In this document: positions 34,080 to 45,692 of the stretch, one piece after another | Layout: every line of letters begins with the position of its first letter | Position numbering within the stretch: the first letter of the stretch is position 1 | Assembly (NCBI GenBank): GCA_000146045.2 | Contig: BK006938.2 | Span: 1,056,001-1,120,000, forward strand | Length of the DNA: 64,000 bases | Source: TPA_inf: Saccharomyces | Taxonomy: Eukaryota | Direction: 5' to 3' | The notes under the pieces: generated by a model | What the model was told of the DNA's origin: nothing | What the model saw: only the letters and a program-made list of their open reading frames with translations | Databases searched by the model: none | Program-made: the position numbers and the translations under genes

Positions 34080-34432
34080 GCGCTTTAGTTCTTCATATGT
34101 TCTTTTCTAGCAGAAAAAAAAAAAAAAAAACAGCAGTAGTGTACAGTGTTTGATCAGGTTATTTCTTAATCGTCCGTCCCCTGTTTACTATAAATCCCGA
34201 GAATAGTTCTACTTTTTCTTTTCTATTCTTCTCTTCGGTGAGCTGCTTCGATGCCCATTACCCGGATTCCATGATACTCCGCTATTTCACTGGCCCTTAT
34301 CGAAGATTTCCTTCTCCAGAGATATGATTATGCACAGGCTTCCATACGCTCTATCGATCGTGCAAACATTTATACCCTCTGCGAAACAGCGTCGAATCCA
34401 TTTTACTTTAGAAAAGGTGAAATACGATGTAG

Positions 34433-36511
34433 TCAATGGTCGTCCAACGTTTCTTCATTATTTCCAACATTACCGTACTCAGCATTTAATCGATCGTTAA
34501 CTCGTAGCTTTCTTAATAGAATGTCCCAGAACGAGAGTCCCAGTAGTACTTTAGTTTGCTGCTTCAAAAGCTGGACTGCTTTATAGTCTGTCTCTTTGAC
34601 TAGAATGCTTTCAATTTTCGGAATGGCATGGCCTTTTTTCTGTTTAAAATCAAATCCACTTACCACATCCAAATACTTGATTTTTTGCATCTTTCTTTTA
34701 CCTTTGTTATACTCCTTTATCAGGCATTTAATATCAACTTCTTTGCTAAGCGGTATTAATTCAAATCCATCAGGCTTAGTTTCTTTCGAGTAAATTTCGA
34801 TGTTGCCAAATTTATTTTTATAATGCGACAAATCTGTTATCACATGTTCCTGTCCTAAATGATCGCAATACGTGCTGGGGTATTTAGGAGACTTCATTGT
34901 TTGCTCATACGAAAACAATTCTTTGATAACGTACTTGTCTAGGTTTCTTACCATCCTTTCCCTCATCGGTAGATACTTTTTACGTTTTAATGGTTGAGCA
35001 TTAGGTAGAATGGAACGCCCTAATATTGCCCAGTGCTGTTTACTCTTTAATTGAATGACGTCTCTTCTCCAAAATATGGGCTCTTGTGAATTGTCTCCCT
35101 TAGTAAATGTTGCGGCTTGTTTTGCACATGCTTTTAATACTTCATTAGACTTTAACAGAGAGGGAATCACGAAATTATCTGTTCTTTTAATCTCTGTCAC
35201 ACTCTTTGGTAATGTAAAATTAGTTAAAGCAATCTTTTTCATTATTGCGTAATGATGAACAGATGCTTTTTTCTTGTTCAAGACTTTCAACCACTTAGAT
35301 AGATATTGGTAGCTAGTGTAATGCTTCGATTTCAAAATAGGAGAAGACTCAGATAATTCAAAGTACCTGTAACAAACATTTGGCACATATCTTGGTGAAA
35401 CATCTTGTAGTACCTTTTCAGCATGATTGATACGGACTACATAATGAAACTTTTGGTTTAGGTTGTACTTCATGTCTACCGAAGGTTGATAAGTAGGGAC
35501 AAACTGATCTTCGCGTGTTTTCAAGACCATTTCACGTTCACCCAGATGGGCTATAGGGTCAATGATGTATAATTCACCATCGCTCAAAGTAGGAACTTCT
35601 AATTCAATCCAAAAATAAGGTTGTATTAGGTCAGAGTCAAATCTGTTGGGAACTTTGCCAATACCATGTTCGATTTGCCACTTCACCTTATTGCACCTAA
35701 TATCGTAATCGTGCAAGGGCAAGGCAAAGCATAAGTAAAGCTTCTTAGGCCCCGGTAGCACATTTTCTAAGATAATAAAGAAGAACAACGTTAGAATATC
35801 TCTGTTGGCCATTTTCCTTTTAGCCATCTTGCGAATATCTTCAACACCATGATTTATCAACGGCCTATTTCCATAAAATTCTTGTTGATTTTCAAGAACT
35901 TTTTTATATGTAGATTCAGAGATTGAATTTTCGTTTTGGTTATCGGCATACTTGATAAGGTATTGCAGCCTGTTGAAATTCTGTCTAATGCCATTGCTAT
36001 TCATTTTGTAATTGGAACGGAACCATAAGACCAAACCAAGCAAAAGGGTTCTTAAAGAATCCATTTTAAAAGCTGGATCCCTTACATCCCAATCTTTGAA
36101 TTTTTTGCCAATTAATTTTGGTACAGACCTTCTTAGTCGCCTATTTAGTCTTTCATCGTCTATCCATTTCATCCTAGATTTTAACAAAAATAACATAAAT
36201 GGAATCATTATCAAATGGAGTCCATATTTAAGTCGCTGATAATTGAATGCTTTTTTATTATGCTTTCTTTTGTACTTGCTGACTTTCTCCCTGTCTCTGC
36301 GTATATTGCCAAATGTGACAGTTAAGCTTCCATCTAAAGAAACTTCTTCCCAATCAATATCACTTAAATCATCTTCTTCATCCTGGTAAAAACTATCAAA
36401 AGAATCATCTGTTTCTTCCTCCTCATAAAACGATACTTCTTTCTTCTCAATCTTTGAGTTTTTTCGATTGGCCTGATCATTTTGGCTTGATTCTAACAGT
36501 CTCTTGGCCAT
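34433..36511 (-). CDS. RAD34: Rad4/XPC-family nucleotide excision repair protein (rDNA NER)
   Basis: Track ORF 697 aa. Recognised as RAD34 (YDR314C), 692 aa from the MAKRLLESSQ Met. Confidence 0.78.
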   Translation of the reverse strand: MAKRLLESSQNDQANRKNSKIEKKEVSFYEEEETDDSFDSFYQDEEDDLSDIDWEEVSLDGSLTVTFGNIRRDREKVSKYKRKHNKKAFNYQRLKYGLHLIMIPFMLFLLKSRMKWIDDERLNRRLRRSVPKLIGKKFKDWDVRDPAFKMDSLRTLLLGLVLWFRSNYKMNSNGIRQNFNRLQYLIKYADNQNENSISESTYKKVLENQQEFYGNRPLINHGVEDIRKMAKRKMANRDILTLFFFIILENVLPGPKKLYLCFALPLHDYDIRCNKVKWQIEHGIGKVPNRFDSDLIQPYFWIELEVPTLSDGELYIIDPIAHLGEREMVLKTREDQFVPTYQPSVDMKYNLNQKFHYVVRINHAEKVLQDVSPRYVPNVCYRYFELSESSPILKSKHYTSYQYLSKWLKVLNKKKASVHHYAIMKKIALTNFTLPKSVTEIKRTDNFVIPSLLKSNEVLKACAKQAATFTKGDNSQEPIFWRRDVIQLKSKQHWAILGRSILPNAQPLKRKKYLPMRERMVRNLDKYVIKELFSYEQTMKSPKYPSTYCDHLGQEHVITDLSHYKNKFGNIEIYSKETKPDGFELIPLSKEVDIKCLIKEYNKGKRKMQKIKYLDVVSGFDFKQKKGHAIPKIESILVKETDYKAVQLLKQQTKVLLGLSFWDILLRKLRVNDRLNAEYGNVGNNEETLDDH

Positions 36512-36740
36512 TACTTTTCTTCTCACTATTCCTTAAACTCATGTATGCTAGGTTTCAAGGTTTGACCCTTCGTTGAATATCGAATTTGGTCATTCACCCT
36601 GGCTTGTGTGTTTTCCGTTTTATTATTTACATTTTCCAGAGGGCCACTAGAAAAAAAAAATACTTATCTATCCATATATTTTACAAATGGTAATGTATGT
36701 GCATCTGCCAGTACCAAAGGTGGAAAGAAAAGTATACAGT

Positions 36741-37586
36741 TTATTTATTTGAAGTATGATAAATTTTTTGGCTTGATGTCAACTGGCTGTAAGTTTTTGT
36801 CCAATGGGTCCATTTTTCTTTTGGCTTTAGATCTACATCTATTATATTCACGTGCAACGCATTTTCAGCACTGTTCCATTCAATGAAACATGTCACGTCT
36901 CTGAGTGTCATGAGTAGCAGATGCTCATCGTTTACATCGTTGATTGATTTTATGTCACTTATTGGAGTTGTGTTCTTTGTAAGTTTTTTCTGTAAATCAT
37001 AAAGGATCTTGAAAATGTTATTGTCATTGCGCAAGTACTCATGCATGGCATCTTTAAACTTAACCGGAAATATATTACATTCTCCAAATATTAATTCCAA
37101 GTGTGCTGGATTCATTAGTAATTGATTGTAACAGTACTTAGTGCCTCTACCCTTAAATGCATTATGAGTACAGTTCCTACAGTAATCTGTATCATAGTAT
37201 AACCATTTAGGCTTCAATTCTAAAATAACTGTTTGCAGATTTTGTGAACAATAAGATTTTAAAAAGTGGTTATTTAATATCAGATTTGAGGTATTATTGG
37301 TGAGATTTTTAATTTTGATAACTTTGACTACCTTATCGTCTAAATTTAGAATAAAGTCACTGAGAATTGGCCTTATAGCTTCTATATCGACGTCAATCAG
37401 ATACATCGGGCAAAGCAAGCCATGTAGAAGAGGTTCTACATAATCTTTAATATAACTGATGTTTTTGATTGTATAAGAATTATTTGATGATAACAGATCG
37501 GGCCAACGGATGCAGCATCGCCACAACCACGTAGGATCCCCATAATCAATCAGTATATTTGCCCCACCACGTCCGATGACTTGCAT
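36741..37586 (-). CDS. IPK1: Inositol pentakisphosphate 2-kinase
   Basis: 281-aa ORF recognised as IPK1 (YDR315C). Confidence 0.85.
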   Translation of the reverse strand: MQVIGRGGANILIDYGDPTWLWRCCIRWPDLLSSNNSYTIKNISYIKDYVEPLLHGLLCPMYLIDVDIEAIRPILSDFILNLDDKVVKVIKIKNLTNNTSNLILNNHFLKSYCSQNLQTVILELKPKWLYYDTDYCRNCTHNAFKGRGTKYCYNQLLMNPAHLELIFGECNIFPVKFKDAMHEYLRNDNNIFKILYDLQKKLTKNTTPISDIKSINDVNDEHLLLMTLRDVTCFIEWNSAENALHVNIIDVDLKPKEKWTHWTKTYSQLTSSQKIYHTSNK

Positions 37587-37762
37587 CGATCTTTCTTTTC
37601 AAAAAAGGAACTTATCTCTGACAATTTTCGACTGGTAGCATATCACGGTTCGAATTAATTTTGGAAACCCTAAATGGGACCGCATCAAAAAAGTACCTTG
37701 TGAAAATATCTTCGATAAATAAACCACTGAGGAACGAACAAGAAAACCATAAGTAAGTGAGG

Positions 37763-39178
37763 ATGATCGTATTTCGTCGCTTTCCTACGTGCCTTTTACA
37801 TCACATTCGACAACCGGCATCCAGGAGTCTTTTGTTGGAATCACAAAGGCGATCATTATCTTTTACATCTTATAAATATAACAGCAGCCACATTGATGAT
37901 GATAAAAGTAAAAAAAAGCTTAAAAATGTTTTCCAAATGAATAGCAATAGAGTCATTCGTAAGCAAAAAACAAAAGAAGAATTGGCCAAAGAGAGGTTCG
38001 AAGAACAACTGAGGTCACCTAATAGATTTGTGAGGTGGGGAGCTATTGCGAGATCAGAAAAGTTTTCAAAGGGAATGACCAAGTACATGATCGGTGCTTA
38101 TGTGATATTTTTAATCTATGGTCTCTTCTTTACCAAAAAACTGTTTGCGAAAGACAAAGAACTGGAAAGATTGTTGAAGAAACAAGAAGAAGGGAATGCC
38201 AATGAATACGAAGCATTAAGGATTAAAGAATTGAAAGGAAAACTAAGGAGGAGAGATGAATTGAAATTAGAAGAATACAAAAAAATGCAAGAAGAAGGCA
38301 TTGAAAACTTCGATGATATTCGGGTACAGAATTTTGATCAAAACAAATTGAATGAACAAATATTGCCAGCAAGAGACACAACAAACTTTTACCAAGAAAA
38401 AGCTAACGAATATGATAAGGCAATTAATATGGAAGAGAGAGTAATATTTCTCGGTAAAAGAAGGAAATGGTTAATGAAACATTGTCAAGGGGATGTTTTG
38501 GAAGTTTCATGCGGTACAGGAAGAAATATCAAGTACCTTGATATGTCACGCATCAACTCTATAACATTCTTAGACTCTTCTGAAAATATGATGGAAATTA
38601 CACATAAAAAATTCCGAGAAAAGTTTCCTAAGTATAAAAAAGTTGCATTTGTTGTTGGAAAGGCGGAAAATCTAGTAGACTTAGCAGAGAAAGGTAAGCC
38701 CTCTCTAGAGAATGAAAAGGAAAACCAAGTAAAATATGATACTATCGTGGAGGCGTTTGGTTTGTGTTCCCATGAAGATCCGGTTAAGGCACTTAATAAT
38801 TTTGGCAAGTTATTAAAGCCAGATGGAAGAATTATTTTACTGGAACATGGTAGAGGTCAATACGATTTTATAAATAAGATATTAGACAACAGAGCTGAAA
38901 GAAGACTGAATACTTGGGGCTGTCGATGGAATCTCGACTTAGGCGAAGTGTTAGATGATTCTGACCTAGAATTGGTGGAAGAAAAACGGACTCACTTAGG
39001 CACTACTTGGTGTATCGTTGCAAAGAGAAAAGGTGATGTGAAAAAGAAAGACGAGCTTGGGTTTGTAGAAAAATACTTGCAATCAAGTATTAGAAAGAGA
39101 ATGGAATCATTCGAAAAAAAAGACGATATGGCATCTAAAAAAGAACTTGAGCCAGTACCTCCTGTAAGTAAAAGTTAA
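37763..39178 (+). CDS. OMS1: Mitochondrial inner-membrane SAM-dependent methyltransferase-like protein
   Basis: Track ORF 473 aa. Recognised as OMS1 (YDR316W), 471 aa from MIVFRR. Class I methyltransferase motif VLEVSCGTGRN. One predicted TM segment. Confidence 0.8.
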   Translation: MIVFRRFPTCLLHHIRQPASRSLLLESQRRSLSFTSYKYNSSHIDDDKSKKKLKNVFQMNSNRVIRKQKTKEELAKERFEEQLRSPNRFVRWGAIARSEKFSKGMTKYMIGAYVIFLIYGLFFTKKLFAKDKELERLLKKQEEGNANEYEALRIKELKGKLRRRDELKLEEYKKMQEEGIENFDDIRVQNFDQNKLNEQILPARDTTNFYQEKANEYDKAINMEERVIFLGKRRKWLMKHCQGDVLEVSCGTGRNIKYLDMSRINSITFLDSSENMMEITHKKFREKFPKYKKVAFVVGKAENLVDLAEKGKPSLENEKENQVKYDTIVEAFGLCSHEDPVKALNNFGKLLKPDGRIILLEHGRGQYDFINKILDNRAERRLNTWGCRWNLDLGEVLDDSDLELVEEKRTHLGTTWCIVAKRKGDVKKKDELGFVEKYLQSSIRKRMESFEKKDDMASKKELEPVPPVSKS

Positions 39179-39369
39179 CATATTTATTCATACCAATGAA
39201 TTTTATACAGGCTTAGAATCGTGTAAATATTTCAGTAAGCAAGTTAAAATGTGATCTAAAACCCCTTAGGTAGTTCTCCTTACTTCTAAAGTGATCATAC
39301 TGACCATATGTGACGTAACGACGCTATTATTAACAATCCAAAAATTGCGTCACTGGGAAAAAATAAAAA

Positions 39370-39461
39370 TGCGAACTCTGTGGATCGAACACAGGACCTC
39401 CAGATATCTTGACCAAAGTTTTTTCTTCAGTCTGGCGCTCTCCCAACTGAGCTAAGTCCGC
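39370..39461 (-). tRNA. tF(GAA): tRNA-Phe (GAA) with a 19-nt intron 3' of the anticodon. 92-nt precursor gene.
   Basis: Minus-strand sequence GCGGACTTAGCTCAGTTGGGAGAGCGCCAGACTGAAGA[AAAAACTTTGGTCAAGAT]ATCTGGAGGTCCTGTGTTCGATCCACAGAGTTCGCA matches yeast tRNA-Phe. The intron sits at the canonical position 37/38. Confidence 0.88.
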
Positions 39462-39761
39462 TAACATAAGACGGAACTTCATGGGTGGTCTGTCTTTTAT
39501 ATATGCAATCTTTTATTTTTATTGCGTTGCGGTTTTCAGTATTCATAAGAAGGTGAAAAATGAAACAGATCGTTGTGATCAAATCGCTCAAATCGGATTT
39601 AAATTAAACTTTTTCTTCTATTTCAATGCATTTAATTAAGATAGGTAACTCTTGTGAATAAGTGTTGGGATTGCATTGGTGATAAATCCATAATTAGGTA
39701 CACAGAATATTCATGAAGTTTTTTTTGAGGATAAAAGAATCCCCAAAAAATGAGATTGGTA

Positions 39762-39766
39762 AATCT
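39762..39766. repeat. Ty1 target-site duplication AATCT (left copy). Right copy at 45693..45697.
   Basis: Identical 5-mers immediately flank both LTR termini. Confidence 0.8.
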
Positions 39767-40104
39767 TGTTGGAATAAAAATCCACTATCGTCTATCAACT
39801 AATAGTTATATTATCAATATATTATCATATACGGTGTTAAGATGATGACATAAGTTATGAGAAGCTGTCATCGATGTTAGAGGAAGCTGAAACGCAAGGA
39901 TTGATAATGTAATAGGATCAATGAATATAAACATATAAAACGGAATGAGGAATAATCGTAATATTAGTATGTAGAAATATAGATTCCATTTTGAGGATTC
40001 CTATATCCTCGAGGAGAACTTCTAGTATATTCTGTATACCTAATATTATAGCCTTTATCAACAATGGAATCCCAACAATTATCTAATTACCCACATATAT
40101 CTCA
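39767..40104 (+). repeat. Ty1 5' LTR (delta), 338 bp. U3 5' portion is Ty2-like, the remainder is Ty1 delta.
   Basis: Starts TGTTGGAATAAAAATCC, ends ..ATATCTCA. Identical to 45355..45692 except one position near the 3' end. Contains the TYA start codon at 40064. Confidence 0.88.
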
Positions 40105-41386
40105 TGGTAGCGCCTGTGCTTCGGTTACTTCTAAGGAAGTCCACACAAATCAAGATCCGTTAGACGTTTCAGCTTCCAAAATTCAAGAATATGATAAGGC
40201 TTCCACTAAGGCTAACTCTCAACAGACAACAACACCTGCTTCATCAGCTGTTCCAGAGAACCCCCATCATGCCTCTCCTCAACCTGCTTCAGTACCACCT
40301 CCACAGAATGGGCCGTACCCACAGCAGTGCATGATGACCCAAAACCAAGCCAATCCATCTGGTTGGTCATTTTACGGACACCCATCTATGATTCCGTATA
40401 CACCTTATCAAATGTCGCCTATGTACTTTCCACCTGGGCCACAATCACAGTTTCCGCAGTATCCATCATCAGTTGGAACGCCTCTGAGCACTCCATCACC
40501 TGAGTCAGGTAATACATTTACTGATTCATCCTCAGCGGACTCTGATATGACATCCACTAAAAAATATGTCAGACCACCACCAATGTTAACCTCACCTAAT
40601 GACTTTCCAAATTGGGTTAAAACATACATCAAATTTTTACAAAACTCGAATCTCGGTGGTATTATTCCGACAGTAAACGGAAAACCCGTACGTCAGATCA
40701 CTGATGATGAACTCACCTTCTTGTATAACACTTTTCAAATATTTGCTCCCTCTCAATTCCTACCTACCTGGGTCAAAGACATCCTATCCGTTGATTATAC
40801 GGATATCATGAAAATTCTTTCCAAAAGTATTGAAAAAATGCAATCTGATACCCAAGAGGCAAACGACATTGTGACCCTGGCAAATTTGCAATATAATGGC
40901 AGTACACCTGCAGATGCATTTGAAACAAAAGTCACAAACATTATCGACAGACTGAACAATAATGGCATTCATATCAATAACAAGGTCGCATGCCAATTAA
41001 TTATGAGAGGTCTATCTGGCGAATATAAATTTTTACGCTACACACGTCATCGACATCTAAATATGACAGTCGCTGAACTGTTCTTAGATATCCATGCTAT
41101 TTATGAAGAACAACAGGGATCGAGAAACAGCAAACCTAATTACAGGAGAAATCCGAGTGATGAGAAGAATGATTCTCGCAGCTATACGAATACAACCAAA
41201 CCCAAAGTTATAGCTCGGAATCCTCAAAAAACAAATAATTCGAAATCGAAAACAGCCAGGGCTCACAATGTATCCACATCTAATAACTCTCCCAGCACGG
41301 ACAACGATTCCATCAGTAAATCAACTACTGAACCGATTCAATTGAACAATAAGCACGACCTTCATCTTAGGCCAGAAACTTACTGA
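40064..41386 (+). CDS. TYA: Ty1 TYA (Gag capsid protein), 440 aa
   Basis: Protein [38 protein letters not shown]... recognised as Ty1 Gag. ATG lies inside the 5' LTR as in Ty1. Confidence 0.9.
   Translation: MESQQLSNYPHISHGSACASVTSKEVHTNQDPLDVSASKIQEYDKASTKANSQQTTTPASSAVPENPHHASPQPASVPPPQNGPYPQQCMMTQNQANPSGWSFYGHPSMIPYTPYQMSPMYFPPGPQSQFPQYPSSVGTPLSTPSPESGNTFTDSSSADSDMTSTKKYVRPPPMLTSPNDFPNWVKTYIKFLQNSNLGGIIPTVNGKPVRQITDDELTFLYNTFQIFAPSQFLPTWVKDILSVDYTDIMKILSKSIEKMQSDTQEANDIVTLANLQYNGSTPADAFETKVTNIIDRLNNNGIHINNKVACQLIMRGLSGEYKFLRYTRHRHLNMTVAELFLDIHAIYEEQQGSRNSKPNYRRNPSDEKNDSRSYTNTTKPKVIARNPQKTNNSKSKTARAHNVSTSNNSPSTDNDSISKSTTEPIQLNNKHDLHLRPETY
40105..40114 (+). other. Ty1 minus-strand primer binding site (complementary to the 3' end of initiator tRNA-Met)
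   Basis: TGGTAGCGCC immediately downstream of the 5' LTR terminus TCTCA. Confidence 0.85.
41366..41372 (+). promoter_or_regulatory. Ty1 +1 programmed ribosomal frameshift heptamer CUU-AGG-C
   Basis: CTTAGGC in the TYA frame 14 nt before the TYA stop. The +1 frame is open from here to 45332. Confidence 0.8.
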
Positions 41387-44300
41387 ATCTACAGTAAATC
41401 ATACTAATCATTCTGATGATGAACTCCCTGGACACCTCCTTCTCGATTCAGGAGCATCACGAACCCTTATAAGATCTGCTCATCACATACACTCAGCATC
41501 ATCTAATCCTGACATAAACGTAGTTGATGCTCAAAAAAGAAATATACCAATTAACGCTATTGGTGACCTACAATTTCACTTCCAGGACAACACCAAAACA
41601 TCAATAAAGGTATTGCACACTCCTAACATAGCCTATGACTTACTCAGTTTGAATGAATTGGCTGCAGTAGATATCACAGCATGCTTTACCAAAAACGTCT
41701 TAGAACGGTCTGACGGCACTGTACTTGCACCTATCGTAAAATATGGAGACTTTTACTGGGTATCTAAAAAGTACTTGCTTCCATCAAATATCTCCGTACC
41801 CACCATCAATAATGTCCATACAAGTGAAAGTACACGCAAATATCCTTATCCTTTCATTCATCGAATGCTTGCGCATGCCAATGCACAGACAATTCGATAC
41901 TCACTTAAAAATAACACCATCACGTATTTTAACGAATCAGATGTCGACTGGTCTAGTGCTATTGACTATCAATGTCCTGATTGTTTAATCGGCAAAAGCA
42001 CCAAACACAGACATATCAAAGGTTCACGACTAAAATACCAAAATTCATACGAACCCTTTCAATACCTACATACTGACATATTTGGTCCAGTTCACAACCT
42101 ACCAAATAGTGCACCATCCTATTTCATCTCATTTACTGATGAGACAACAAAATTCCGTTGGGTTTATCCATTACACGACCGTCGCGAGGACTCTATCCTC
42201 GATGTTTTTACTACGATACTAGCTTTTATTAAAAACCAGTTTCAGGCCAGTGTCTTGGTTATACAAATGGACCGTGGTTCTGAGTATACTAACAGAACTC
42301 TCCATAAATTCCTTGAAAAAAATGGTATAACTCCATGCTATACAACCACAGCGGATTCCCGAGCACATGGAGTCGCTGAACGGCTAAACCGTACCTTATT
42401 AGATGACTGCCGTACTCAACTGCAATGTAGTGGTTTACCGAACCATTTATGGTTCTCTGCAATCGAATTTTCTACTATTGTGAGAAATTCACTAGCTTCA
42501 CCTAAAAGCAAAAAATCTGCAAGACAACATGCTGGCTTGGCAGGACTTGATATCAGTACTTTGTTACCTTTCGGTCAACCTGTTATCGTCAATGATCACA
42601 ACCCTAACTCCAAAATACATCCTCGTGGCATCCCAGGCTACGCTCTACATCCGTCTCGAAACTCTTATGGATATATCATCTATCTTCCATCCTTAAAGAA
42701 GACAGTAGATACAACTAACTATGTTATTCTTCAGGGCAAGGAATCCAGATTAGATCAATTCAATTACGACGCACTCACTTTCGATGAAGACTTAAACCGT
42801 TTAACTGCTTCATATCATTCGTTCATTGCGTCAAATGAGATCCAAGAATCCAATGATCTTAACATAGAATCTGACCATGACTTCCAATCCGACATTGAAC
42901 TACATCCTGAGCAACCGAGAAATGTCCTTTCAAAAGCTGTGAGTCCAACCGATTCCACACCTCCGTCAACTCATACTGAAGATTCGAAACGTGTTTCTAA
43001 AACCAATATTCGCGCACCCAGAGAAGTTGACCCCAACATATCTGAATCTAATATTCTTCCATCAAAGAAGAGATCTAGCACCCCCCAAATTTCCAATATC
43101 GAGAGTACCGGTTCGGGTGGTATGCATAAATTAAATGTTCCTTTACTTGCTCCCATGTCCCAATCTAACACACATGAGTCGTCGCACGCCAGTAAATCTA
43201 AAGATTTCAGACACTCAGACTCGTACAGTGAAAATGAGACTAATCATACAAACGTACCAATATCCAGTACGGGTGGTACCAACAACAAAACTGTTCCGCA
43301 GATAAGTGACCAAGAGACTGAGAAAAGGATTATACACCGTTCACCTTCAATCGATGCTTCTCCACCGGAAAATAATTCATCGCACAATATTGTTCCTATC
43401 AAAACGCCAACTACTGTTTCTGAACAGAATACCGAGGAATCTATCATCGCTGATCTCCCACTCCCTGATCTACCTCCAGAATCTCCTACCGAATTCCCTG
43501 ACCCATTTAAAGAACTCCCACCGATAAATTCTCATCAAACTAATTCCAGTTTGGGTGGTATTGGTGACTCTAATGCCTATACTACTATCAACAGTAAGAA
43601 AAGATCATTAGAAGATAATGAAACTGAAATTAAGGTATCACGAGACACATGGAATACTAAGAATATGCGTAGTTTAGAACCTCCGAGATCGAAGAAACGA
43701 ATTCACCTGATTGCAGCTGTAAAAGCAGTAAAATCAATCAAACCAATACGGACAACCTTAAGATACGATGAGGCAATCACCTATAATAAAGATATTAAAG
43801 AAAAGGAAAAATATATCGAAGCATACCACAAAGAAGTCAACCAACTATTGAAAATGAATACTTGGGACACTGACAAATATTATGACAGAAAAGAAATAGA
43901 CCCTAAAAGAGTAATAAATTCAATGTTTATCTTCAACAGGAAACGTGACGGTACTCATAAAGCTAGATTTGTTGCAAGAGGTGATATTCAGCATCCTGAC
44001 ACTTACGACTCAGGCATGCAATCCAATACCGTACATCACTATGCATTAATGACATCCCTGTCACTTGCATTAGACAATAACTACTATATTACACAATTAG
44101 ACATATCTTCGGCATATTTGTATGCAGACATCAAAGAAGAATTATACATAAGACCTCCACCACATTTAGGAATGAATGATAAGTTGATACGTTTGAAGAA
44201 ATCACTTTATGGATTGAAACAAAGTGGAGCGAACTGGTACGAAACTATCAAATCATACCTGATAAAACAGTGTGGTATGGAAGAAGTTCGTGGATGGTCA

Positions 44301-45332
44301 TGCGTATTTAAGAATAGTCAAGTAACAATTTGCTTATTCGTTGATGATATGATATTGTTCAGCAAAGACTTAAATGCAAATAAGAAAATCATAACAACAC
44401 TCAAGAAACAATACGATACAAAGATAATAAATCTGGGTGAAAGTGATAACGAAATTCAGTACGACATACTTGGCTTAGAAATCAAATATCAAAGAGGTAA
44501 ATACATGAAATTAGGTATGGAAAACTCATTAACTGAGAAAATACCCAAATTAAACGTACCTTTGAATCCAAAAGGAAGAAAACTTAGCGCTCCAGGTCAA
44601 CCAGGTCTTTATATAGACCAGGATGAACTAGAAATAGATGAAGATGAATACAAAGAGAAGGTACATGAAATGCAAAAGTTGATTGGTCTAGCTTCATATG
44701 TTGGATATAAATTTAGATTTGACTTACTATACTACATCAACACACTTGCTCAACATATACTATTCCCCTCTAGGCAAGTTTTAGACATGACATATGAGTT
44801 AATACAATTCATGTGGGACACTAGAGATAAACAACTGATATGGCACAAAAACAAACCTACCGAGCCAGATAATAAACTAGTCGCAATAAGTGATGCTTCA
44901 TATGGTAACCAACCATATTACAAGTCACAAATTGGCAACATATATTTACTTAATGGAAAGGTAATTGGAGGAAAGTCCACCAAGGCTTCATTAACATGTA
45001 CTTCAACTACGGAAGCAGAAATACACGCGATAAGTGAATCTGTCCCATTATTAAATAACCTCAGTCACCTTGTGCAAGAACTTAACAAGAAACCAATTAC
45101 TAAAGGATTACTAACCGACAGTAAATCTACAATCAGTATAATTATATCCAATAATGAAGAGAAATTTAGAAACAGATTTTTTGGTACTAAAGCAATGAGA
45201 CTAAGAGATGAAGTATCAGGAAATCATCTGCACGTATGCTATATCGAAACCAAAAAGAATATTGCAGACGTAATGACCAAACCTCTTCCGATAAAAACAT
45301 TCAAACTATTAACAAACAAATGGATTCATTAG
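41370..45332 (+). CDS. TYB: Ty1 TYB (Pol: protease, integrase, reverse transcriptase, RNase H). Expressed as a TYA-TYB fusion by +1 ribosomal frameshift at CTT-AGG-C (41366-41372).
   Basis: +1 frame open from the frameshift heptamer to the stop at 45330-45332. Integrase HHCC zinc finger (H..H..CPDC), RT YXDD motif ([10 protein letters not shown]), RNase H region. Track ORF 41613..45332 (1239 aa) is the part from the first internal Met. Confidence 0.85.
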   Translation, partial: GQKLTESTVNHTNHSDDELPGHLLLDSGASRTLIRSAHHIHSASSNPDINVVDAQKRNIPINAIGDLQFHFQDNTKTSIKVLHTPNIAYDLLSLNELAAVDITACFTKNVLERSDGTVLAPIVKYGDFYWVSKKYLLPSNISVPTINNVHTSESTRKYPYPFIHRMLAHANAQTIRYSLKNNTITYFNESDVDWSSAIDYQCPDCLIGKSTKHRHIKGSRLKYQNSYEPFQYLHTDIFGPVHNLPNSAPSYFISFTDETTKFRWVYPLHDRREDSILDVFTTILAFIKNQFQASVLVIQMDRGSEYTNRTLHKFLEKNGITPCYTTTADSRAHGVAERLNRTLLDDCRTQLQCSGLPNHLWFSAIEFSTIVRNSLASPKSKKSARQHAGLAGLDISTLLPFGQPVIVNDHNPNSKIHPRGIPGYALHPSRNSYGYIIYLPSLKKTVDTTNYVILQGKESRLDQFNYDALTFDEDLNRLTASYHSFIASNEIQESNDLNIESDHDFQSDIELHPEQPRNVLSKAVSPTDSTPPSTHTEDSKRVSKTNIRAPREVDPNISESNILPSKKRSSTPQISNIESTGSGGMHKLNVPLLAPMSQSNTHESSHASKSKDFRHSDSYSENETNHTNVPISSTGGTNNKTVPQISDQETEKRIIHRSPSIDASPPENNSSHNIVPIKTPTTVSEQNTEESIIADLPLPDLPPESPTEFPDPFKELPPINSHQTNSSLGGIGDSNAYTTINSKKRSLEDNETEIKVSRDTWNTKNMRSLEPPRSKKRIHLIAAVKAVKSIKPIRTTLRYDEAITYNKDIKEKEKYIEAYHKEVNQLLKMNTWDTDKYYDRKEIDPKRVINSMFIFNRKRDGTHKARFVARGDIQHPDTYDSGMQSNTVHHYALMTSLSLALDNNYYITQLDISSAYLYADIKEELYIRPPPHLGMNDKLIRLKKSLYGLKQSGANWYETIKSYLIKQCGMEEVRGWSCVFKNSQVTICLFVDDMILFSKDLNANKKIITTLKKQYDTKIINLGESDNEIQYDILGLEIKYQRGKYMKLGMENSLTEKIPKLNVPLNPKGRKLSAPGQPGLYIDQDELEIDEDEYKEKVHEMQKLIGLASYVGYKFRFDLLYYINTLAQHILFPSRQVLDMTYELIQFMWDTRDKQLIWHKNKPTEPDNKLVAISDASYGNQPYYKSQIGNIYLLNGKVIGGKSTKASLTCTSTTEAEIHAISESVPLLNNLSHLVQELNKKPITKGLLTDSKSTISIIISNNEEKFRNRFFGTKAMRLRDEVSGNHLHVCYIETKKNIADVMTKPLPIKTFKLLTNKWIH

Positions 45333-45346
45333 ATCTATTACATTAT

Positions 45347-45354
45347 GGGTGGTA
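45347..45354 (+). other. Ty1 polypurine tract (plus-strand primer) GGGTGGTA abutting the 3' LTR
   Basis: Purine-rich octamer directly 5' of the TGTTGG of the 3' LTR. Confidence 0.7.
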
Positions 45355-45692
45355 TGTTGGAATAAAAATCCACTATCGTCTATCAACTAATAGTTATATT
45401 ATCAATATATTATCATATACGGTGTTAAGATGATGACATAAGTTATGAGAAGCTGTCATCGATGTTAGAGGAAGCTGAAACGCAAGGATTGATAATGTAA
45501 TAGGATCAATGAATATAAACATATAAAACGGAATGAGGAATAATCGTAATATTAGTATGTAGAAATATAGATTCCATTTTGAGGATTCCTATATCCTCGA
45601 GGAGAACTTCTAGTATATTCTGTATACCTAATATTATAGCCTTTATCAACAATGGAATCCCAACAATTATCTAATTACCCACATATTTCTCA
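45355..45692 (+). repeat. Ty1 3' LTR (delta), 338 bp
   Basis: 337/338 identical to the 5' LTR. Ends ..ATTTCTCA. Followed by the AATCT target-site duplication at 45693-45697. Confidence 0.88.

Larger units (their letters stand above)
39767..45692 (+). mobile_element. Full-length Ty1 (copia-type) LTR retrotransposon, 5926 bp. Probably the element annotated with YDR316W-A/-B in S288C.
   Basis: TG..CA LTRs of 338 bp at both ends differ by 1 nt. PBS TGGTAGCGCC (tRNAiMet) immediately 3' of the 5' LTR. PPT GGGTGGTA before the 3' LTR. Gag and Pol proteins recognised as Ty1 TYA/TYB. Flanked by the 5-bp direct repeat AATCT. Confidence 0.9.

Noticed and set aside
39462-39766. Segment TGTTGGGATTGCATTGGTGATAAATCC just left of the Ty1, superficially LTR-like (starts TGTTGG)
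   Set aside because: Similarity is limited to the first hexamer plus AT-rich sequence. Cannot be supported as an LTR fragment without alignment tools.
40408-41266. Short antisense ORFs within Ty1 TYA/TYB (for example 40408-40632, 40784-40996, 41084-41266, 42971-43447)
   Set aside because: Internal to the retrotransposon on the non-coding strand. Ty1 antisense RNAs exist, but these small ORFs have no support as proteins.
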